NCBI GenBank assembly: GCA_018985225.1
Contig: JADGIF010000541.1
Coordinates: 1-6,876 of the forward strand
Reading direction: 5' to 3'
DNA from: Amoeboradix gromovi X-113
Lineage: Eukaryota > Fungi > Sanchytriomycota
DNA: 6,876 nucleotides
Under the pieces are notes generated by a model. The model did no database searches, was not told the origin of the DNA, and was given only the letters and a program-made list of their open reading frames with translations. The first letter of the stretch is position 1; the number at the start of each line of letters is the position of its first letter. Below are positions 1-5,155 of the stretch, piece after piece. The position numbers and the translations under genes are program-made.

Positions 1-154
1 CGATTACTCTCTTTATGAATCATGTTCTTGTCGCCACATAGATTATGTGATAAAAACTTTATTTGTGTGATGTGACATTTTTAGGGGTATAATTGTGTTC
101 AATATTTTCAAAATAATAAATAAATAGAAGCACCCTGTATTAAAGACACGTTGA

Positions 155-307
155 ATGATATTCACAGCAGTTTTACCAATTTTCGCAGCACCGGTTCCGA
201 GACCGCTCGACGGAGGCCATGTAGCATCTGGTATGATAGGAGTTGGACTAGGTGCATTACTTTACAATACGCTAGCTCGGCCTTTTGGCTACAATGCGTG
301 GTGCTAA
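155..307 (+). CDS. 50-aa hydrophobic glycine-zipper peptide, putatively secreted; paralogue of 1059..1289 (not in ORF track)
   Basis: ATG155..TAA307 translates to MIFTAVLPIFAAPVPRPLDGGHVASGMIGVGLGALLYNTLARPFGYNAWC. It aligns with the 1059 ORF (IFAAPVPRPLDGGHVASGMIGVGLGALLYN vs IFGLPLPKPSD--HAVAGLVGAGVGVILAN). It is GC-richer than its flanks, and AATAAA (306-311) overlaps the stop. Confidence 0.8.
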   Translation: MIFTAVLPIFAAPVPRPLDGGHVASGMIGVGLGALLYNTLARPFGYNAWC

Positions 308-370
308 TAAATTGATACTGATTATAATGAAATGTTTATTTGTTTTGACAATTTGGTCGATCTACCTGAA

Positions 371-392
371 AATGACGTGATTAGACGTCATT
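371..392. promoter_or_regulatory. Perfect 8-bp inverted repeat of CRE/bZIP-like half sites (AATGACGT-N6-ACGTCATT)
   Basis: AATGACGT (371-378) and ACGTCATT (385-392) are reverse complements, about 85-105 bp upstream of ATG475. TGACGT is the ATF/CREB-type core. Confidence 0.45.
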
Positions 393-419
393 GCCGTTAA
401 AGCTTTTTACAATATCTTA

Positions 420-448
420 TTGGCCTTTGATGGCCTAATGACCACATA
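420..448 (+). promoter_or_regulatory. Bipartite promoter element TTGGCCTTTGA-N6-AATGACCACATA, shared with the paralogue promoter
   Basis: Near-identical boxes occur in the same order and spacing upstream of the paralogue 1430..1780 (1830-1800, minus strand). Confidence 0.6.
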
Positions 449-474
449 ACTAATTCTCAACTCTCAATAGCAAC

Positions 475-801
475 ATGAACGTTAAAGATCTTTTGAATCC
501 ATACTGGAACAACAAAAGCGCTTATCAAAAGCAGAGCAAAAAAGGACAACGATCAGCTTCGTCATGCCAAGTATGTAAAAAAGAATTCCACGATGCATCC
601 ACCGCACTGCGACATTATAAGCATGTTCATACTAAGCCATCAAATTGCCCTTATTGTGATAAATCGTTGAGACTATATGGAAGACCAGATGTCTTGAAAA
701 ATCACTATATGAAATGTAAAATGGTAAGAAAGTGTATAGGAGGGAACGATGTGCTCGAATTGGCTAAAATTGATTATTATAGAATCAAAAAAGACAAATA
801 A
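475..801 (+). CDS. Small zinc-finger protein (one C2H2 finger plus one C2HC/BED-like finger), putative transcription factor
   Basis: CQVC-x12-HYKHVH followed by CPYC-x15-H-x3-C. It shares 29/51 identical residues with 1430..1780 across the two fingers. AATAAA overlaps the stop. Confidence 0.85.
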   Translation: MNVKDLLNPYWNNKSAYQKQSKKGQRSASSCQVCKKEFHDASTALRHYKHVHTKPSNCPYCDKSLRLYGRPDVLKNHYMKCKMVRKCIGGNDVLELAKIDYYRIKKDK

Positions 802-971
802 ACTTTTTTGCAATTTAAGCGTAATCAATCAATCTTCTTGAAATTCCAATGAAGTCAATTAATTTCGGTTTGCTGAAACCTGGTCTCAAGTAACTGATAA
901 GAAAACCTAATTTTTAAGTAAAGAAATGCAAACTGTTGAAATAGAACCATTTCTCGTTGATACGTTTTGCA

Positions 972-977
972 TATAAA
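972..977 (+). promoter_or_regulatory. Possible TATA box for the 1059 peptide gene
   Basis: TATAAA about 85 bp upstream of ATG1059. Weak evidence in AT-rich DNA. Confidence 0.3.
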
Positions 978-1058
978 GGAGATTGTACTCCACTCCTTGT
1001 ATTTCAATTCGAATGAAAATGTCACTATACTAGCACAAGGCCCCTTTAAAATGAATAA

Positions 1059-1289
1059 ATGCTGTATTTACCCATTATGGGAATGTTGTTGGCAACCATC
1101 TTTGGATTACCATTACCAAAGCCTAGCGACCATGCAGTAGCAGGGTTGGTTGGAGCAGGAGTTGGCGTGATTTTAGCAAATGCATTTAAACCATACCTGC
1201 CTGTCTATAGTGGAATGTATGGCGGCGGACCATATGGTGGAATGTATGGTGGCGTACCATATGGTGGTATGTATGGTGGATTCTGGTAG
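1059..1289 (+). CDS. 76-aa putatively secreted Gly/Tyr-rich peptide (signal-like N-terminus, GxxxG zipper, YGGMYGG repeats)
   Basis: Hydrophobic N-terminus MLYLPIMGMLLATIFG followed by LPLPKP, hydrophobic AGLVGAGVGVIL, three YxGMYGG repeats, AATAAA just after the stop, and a paralogue at 155..307. Confidence 0.8.
   Translation: MLYLPIMGMLLATIFGLPLPKPSDHAVAGLVGAGVGVILANAFKPYLPVYSGMYGGGPYGGMYGGVPYGGMYGGFW
1206..1280 (+). repeat. In-frame 27-bp tandem repeat, about 2.8 copies (YSGMYGGGP/YGGMYGGVP/YGGMYGG)
   Basis: Units start at 1206, 1233 and 1260: tatagtggaatgtatggcggcggacca / tatggtggaatgtatggtggcgtacca / tatggtggtatgtatggtgga. Confidence 0.9.
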
Positions 1290-1429
1290 TTAAAAATAAA
1301 AGATGTAAAATAAATAAGACTTACAACAAAATCATTAAGGCTGTTTTATGACTAAATAATTTGTTATTAATCTACGATTATTATTATAAAAAGTGCCATT
1401 GAGTTTGTGAATAGGTATAGACATGTTTA

Positions 1430-1780
1430 TTAAGATAGCAATTTCTTGTAGCCTACTTTGACCTTCTCATAGTCTTTCTTCGCTTCTTCAGCTGCGCAAA
1501 TTTTTACATCAGATCCTTGAACAATGGTGGACAAAAATTTGTGACATCTAATGTAATGATTTTTAATTACCTCTGGACGCCCTATAATTTTCAGAAGCTT
1601 ACTGCAATATTTACAGGGTACAGGCCGAGCATGCACATGTTTTAAGTGACGAAGAGCTGTACTAGAGTCGCAAAACTGTCTATGGCATTGAGGGCATACT
1701 CCTGAACTTATTTTTGCCTTATTGTTGCTCAATCTTTTATATAGTACAGTAACGTCATCCAGAATGGCAGCTAGCTCCAT
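1430..1780 (-). CDS. Small zinc-finger protein (C2H2 + C2HC/BED-like), paralogue of 475..801
   Basis: CPQC-x12-HLKHVH and CKYC-x15-H-x3-C. Shares the STALRH, KHVH, GRPxVxKNHY and C-terminal GxDV...AKxDY motifs with 475..801. Confidence 0.85.
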   Translation of the reverse strand: MELAAILDDVTVLYKRLSNNKAKISSGVCPQCHRQFCDSSTALRHLKHVHARPVPCKYCSKLLKIIGRPEVIKNHYIRCHKFLSTIVQGSDVKICAAEEAKKDYEKVKVGYKKLLS

Positions 1781-1799
1781 TTTGGGTTGCGCTCGGGGC

Positions 1800-1830
1800 T
1801 ATATGGTCATTTCAAAATTCAAAAGGCCAA
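1800..1830 (-). promoter_or_regulatory. Bipartite promoter element TTGGCCTTTTGA-N7-AATGACCATATA upstream of 1430..1780
   Basis: The reverse complements of 1819-1830 and 1800-1811 match 420-430 and 437-448. Confidence 0.6.
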
Positions 1831-2092
1831 AAAACGTGGATCCTCTTTCGGGCATTTGTTACAGGTAATTTTTAGTTAAGGTAGACATAGCATCAACATA
1901 CATCTCATGAATAACTGGAAGACAAAATTCAGCGAAACTTAGTGGTATACTTGCATACCTCAATTTAATATATTTTGTTAGATTGCTCAAAACATGGTGC
2001 TTGCTTGCAACGAATTAGAAGTTGAAATTTTATATGCAAACGCTAAAAAATTCTGTTTAATCCACTTGATCTCATCTCTTCAGTATTGCATT

Positions 2093-2509
2093 ATGAGTGA
2101 AGAAGACCTTTTGAGAAGAGTTTTATACCCTATGATGGGTCAGGGTAGTGTTTGCAAATGGAAAAACTGCAACAAAGATTTTCCTAATGATTACGATTGC
2201 TACATCCATGTCAAAAATGCACATTCTCCAAACTCAAGTAACAAATGCTGCTGGAACAAGTGTAATCATAGAAGCCCAAATCAGAATAACAATTTGAACC
2301 ATGTAAAGAAACATTTCAAACTAATACAAGGTATCTGCATGGAATGTGATAAGACTTTCAAGTGGAAATTTGATTTGAAAAGGCACATAAAGTCATTTCA
2401 CTCCACGGTTCAAATAAGTCAGGTGGAACTATATGGAATGCAGATGACAATTTGTGAAAAAACAGTTGATTTGCCGGAAAAAACAAATCTTTCATTTATA
2501 TTGAATTAG
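2093..2509 (+). CDS. Three-finger C2H2 protein of PacC/Rim101 (GLI-like tandem CWCH2) architecture, minimal form
   Basis: F1 CKWKNC..YIHVKNAH, F2 CCWNKC..NHVKKH, F3 CMECDKTFKWKFDLKRHIKSFH. The Trp in F1 and F2 and the F3 KxFKxxxDLKxH pattern are as in PacC. ATG2093 (MSEED) is the preferred start, and in-frame ATG1994 is an alternative. Confidence 0.75.
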   Translation: MSEEDLLRRVLYPMMGQGSVCKWKNCNKDFPNDYDCYIHVKNAHSPNSSNKCCWNKCNHRSPNQNNNLNHVKKHFKLIQGICMECDKTFKWKFDLKRHIKSFHSTVQISQVELYGMQMTICEKTVDLPEKTNLSFILN

Positions 2510-2609
2510 TAAACTAGATTGAATTTCTCTTAAATACCTTGCTTTTCTAAAAATCGAGAATTTCCAAAGAGAAACAAATAAAGCGGTTGCGCCCTAAAAA
2601 CTATTGCTC

Positions 2610-3082
2610 ACATCACCGCTACCTTGAGACGGCGTTCACTACATTCCGCAAGTATGTATTCAGAGTTATTAATGTGTTACTCCACAATGGAACCATTTTT
2701 CTGAGGAGTAAGCTTGGACCAAAAATGTACCTGATTTCTACTATGGATACTCGAATATTGCCATGTTAAATGCTGTTAATTAATACAAGCTACATGAAGA
2801 AGAGTAAAACGAGTAGGCAGAGAGAGCTCGATTGTTTTATTGAATAAATCAGTTATCGCGAATTTGTATGCATTTTTATATAATTTCAAGACTTTTCTAG
2901 CTTTTTCCAATAGCTTAAACACTCGATATTCTTCCTTTTCACAAATGGCAAATGGAATCAATGGATGTAATCCCGAATATGTCAAACCTAAAGAAATAAC
3001 TAACTAACAGGTGCAGCATACATTCATCAACACTGAGGAACTGGTCCAAACATGGAAGAATTAGATGTCTTTCAATGCCTAG
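2610..3082 (-). pseudogene. Degenerate hAT-like transposase fragment (catalytic/insertion region)
   Basis: Minus-strand motifs occur in hAT order across a frameshift and stops: GIERHLILPCLDQ (second catalytic D context), CMLHLLV (CxxH, 3022-3011), LLEKARKVLKLYKN (from about 2913), IELSLPTRF (TRW/TRF motif, PTRF at 2817-2806), HFWSKL (about 2720). The D-to-CxxH spacing is too short, which requires a deletion. Confidence 0.4.
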
Positions 3083-3296
3083 ACGGCAATATCTGCACAA
3101 TTTATTAAAGAAACGCTTGAAGTTCAAATGTAACCAAAGAGGAAAGACTGCAATCGAATGTAATGAATCATTTACTAGTCAGACATGTACAAGGTGTGGC
3201 GATCTTAAGAAAACCAACTTAGAAACTTACGCCTGTACCAATTGTCATTTGGGGATAGATAGAGACCATATGGCAGCAAGGAGTATATACAAGTAT
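3075..3296 (+). pseudogene. Fanzor/TnpB-family RNA-guided nuclease, C-terminal fragment (RuvC-II, Zn ribbon, RuvC-III)
   Basis: HNLLKKRLKFKC..G....ECNESFTSQTCTRCG-x10-ACTNCHLGIDRDHMAARSI matches the TnpB/Fanzor consensus E-x-[YF]-TS-x-x-CxxCG...CxxC...DRDxNAAxNI. Glu (3165) and Asp (3264) are retained. No RuvC-I or N-terminal lobe is found upstream. The ORF reads on to 3443 without recognisable homology. Confidence 0.85.
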
Positions 3297-3299
3297 ATG

Positions 3300-3450
3300 T
3301 ATCCTTATTCAATCCCGCCTCAGGGTAGTGAAAGCGTGAGCAATCATTATAACGGAGCGTCTAGCATTGCTATTTCTCTGTGGAGATTCTCGATTTTCTC
3401 TGAAATCAGGACTTTTAACGAGAATATTTATTATGATCCCTGATCAAGAA
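3300..3450 (+). ncRNA. Candidate omegaRNA scaffold / right end of the Fanzor element
   Basis: Lies immediately 3' of the RuvC-III motif, with several short stems: TAGC-att-GCTA (3362-3372), ATTCTCG(3386-3392)/CGAGAAT(3419-3425) enclosing GATTT/AAATC, and TGATC-cct-GATCA (about 3434-3446). Boundaries are unknown. Confidence 0.3.
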
Positions 3451-3747
3451 AACACCTGCGTCAAATGCGAAAATCTGAAATAAATCATGGTTCAAATTTC
3501 TGAAGTGTAAATAACTTGGTAAGATAGTACCCAACCTGTTGTTGTGGTTCTTCTTGGTTTTCGCAAATTAAGTAACAGCAAGAGTTTTAGAACTTAATTT
3601 TAATAAAAACTTTAAATTAGATAAACTTAATATTTACCCTATCTGAGTTAGACATATACATCTAGCTCCAGGTTATCCCATATCCGAAACTAATTCAATT
3701 CTAAATGTGCGAAAAACAGCACAAAATCGCATGATTACTTAACGAAA

Positions 3748-4100
3748 TGTGTATCATTTGAAATATTTTAATAGAAATCTCAACAGATGCCTGAAGAAAT
3801 GAACTCATAAAGCGACTAAATTCATGTCTCGCAGGTATCGGCATTAGTTGAATTAACGCCTACGTTAAATGTGAAGAATTCGAAAATCATGAAGATTTCA
3901 AACCCCACACTTCTCAAGTGTAGACAACTTGGGACATAACATTTGAGCATGTTCTTGCCTACATTATTTTGAAGTACCTGGATTGATATCTCTATGGCCT
4001 TGGTGACCGCATTGCTGACAATTGACGCAACGATTGAATCCTTTCATAACGCTTGCAGCTACTACAAGTGTTGGACACATCATATTGTTTTTGAATGGTC
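3748..4100 (+). pseudogene. Second degenerate hAT-like transposase fragment
   Basis: One frame (3762 onward) with scattered stops: NILIE..ELIKRLNSCLAGIGIS*..V*TTWDITFE (3918-3947; compare hAT VxTRWNSTY/F), then ND*ILS*RLQLLQVL (compare eDW..l..l..lL). A frameshift-disrupted C..H (TGT3748, CAT3755) lies upstream. Confidence 0.4.
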
Positions 4101-4405
4101 GCAACTCTAATGAACTTTGAGTTCTTTTCATTTCACATATTCTGATGCGAAAAATTGCTCCAAGTCGTAGATCTACAAAGTGTTGAATGGTGACAAAATA
4201 CCAGTACCAATAAAAAGAAGTCCTATGATATTGAGAGTTGTTTATTTTTTGTCTTTTTCACTTTCACGCCAACGGCAGTTTTTTGAATGTACCTGACTGC
4301 AGCATCTATGGCTACGAGCAGTAGTTACAAAGTTACTTGAAGAGTTCAATATGAGTAAAATATATTGTTGGAATGAATTTATTATGCTAACAAGCTATCT
4401 TTATC

Positions 4406-4933
4406 TTAATCCAAACTTATTGCTTCTGTCTTGGCAAAAGAATAACTCCGCCCACAAACTGAGCATCTATATCGCAAGTTCGCATCACTGTCATGCCAGT
4501 CATGAATTACATGACCACAAGGCAATACTTTAAAACCTGAATTGCTTTGTATAACTTTTCTGCATGTTACGCAGGCTGCTTTGCTATTAATTATAGCATC
4601 GACATGCTTCCAAAAAGGGCTTTTCTTGGATTGACCAGAAGGAGTCGTACCACTTTTATGGGATTTCTTAGCTCTGGTTACCTTCTTTGAAGAAGGACCC
4701 CTGAGTTGTTCGATAATCTCGTTTGCCTCATCTATACCCATCTGCTTCACAACACTCAATGCTAGCCATGTGTACTCAATTCCGTACTGGCTAAGCAACC
4801 GTTGCAAGTATTTCTTCTCGTCTAATTCCTCAGTTACATCTTCTAATGAGTTAAAGACCAGTCTGCATGTATTCGATGAAGTACAATAAGCAAGAATAAT
4901 CTTAGAATTTACCATAGCACTACGTGTAGACAT
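4406..4933 (-). CDS. Protein with a C-terminal atypical RING-H2 finger, putative E3 ligase; start uncertain
   Basis: CVTC-x14-CGHVIHDWH-x9-CSVC, with a basic Ser/Lys-rich linker before it. The first in-frame ATG is 4933. The frame stays open without an ATG up to a stop near 5020. Confidence 0.65.
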   Translation of the reverse strand: MSTRSAMVNSKIILAYCTSSNTCRLVFNSLEDVTEELDEKKYLQRLLSQYGIEYTWLALSVVKQMGIDEANEIIEQLRGPSSKKVTRAKKSHKSGTTPSGQSKKSPFWKHVDAIINSKAACVTCRKVIQSNSGFKVLPCGHVIHDWHDSDANLRYRCSVCGRSYSFAKTEAISLD

Positions 4934-5155
4934 TGCTGCACCTCTATATGGCTGCCATAGAGTGTCATCGTAGCCATAGGTTTCCAAGTTGTCCTGCCAT
5001 TCTTCATCCTTCCGTAGTTATATAACTGCTTATCATCAATTGCTAAGTCTTTCTCAGTTACTCTGTGAGGTTCTTGATTTTCTCGGTTAAATATGACTTG
5101 TCAATAAATTTTGTTCTCCTCTAAACAGTTATATTCCTTTAGCTCGAATATCAAT

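Noticed and set aside
2587-2769. 60-aa plus-strand ORF from the track
   Set aside because: TTG start, no recognisable motif, and antisense to the putative hAT relic.
2967-3010. Possible 44-nt intron (GTAATC...CTAACTAACAG)
   Set aside because: Splicing yields only a roughly 22-aa peptide ending at TAG3062 and does not restore the Fanzor frame.
3026-3082. Plus-strand INTEELVQTWKN*MSFNA as a frameshifted upstream continuation of Fanzor
   Set aside because: It loosely resembles the region preceding the Fanzor H..FK.RL helix, but it needs a stop and a frameshift and competes with the minus-strand hAT reading. Left unresolved and not annotated.
2776-3127. Minus-strand ORFs 2776..2985 and 2939..3127 as independent genes
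   Set aside because: Both have non-ATG starts and are better read as frameshifted pieces of one decayed transposase. The second also overlaps the Fanzor fragment in antisense.
3297-3443. C-terminal ~48 aa of the 3075..3443 ORF as real protein
   Set aside because: TnpB/Fanzor proteins typically end soon after the RuvC-III motif. The tail has no recognisable features and is probably read-through.
3584-3594. GTTTTAGAAC resembling a Cas9-type CRISPR repeat start
   Set aside because: Single occurrence, no array, and a eukaryotic context.
2586-3640. CCCTA sequences (2592-2596, 3636-3640) as hAT terminal inverted repeats
   Set aside because: No matching inverted partner or 8-bp target-site duplication was found in the window.
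3800-3850. THKATKFMSRRYRH resembling the TnpB/Fanzor H-K-x-x-x-x-L helix
   Set aside because: Isolated between stops and downstream of the Fanzor C-terminus (wrong order). Another frame gives a longer hAT-like match.
4351-4533. 60-aa plus-strand ORF
   Set aside because: Mostly antisense to the RING domain coding region, with no motif.
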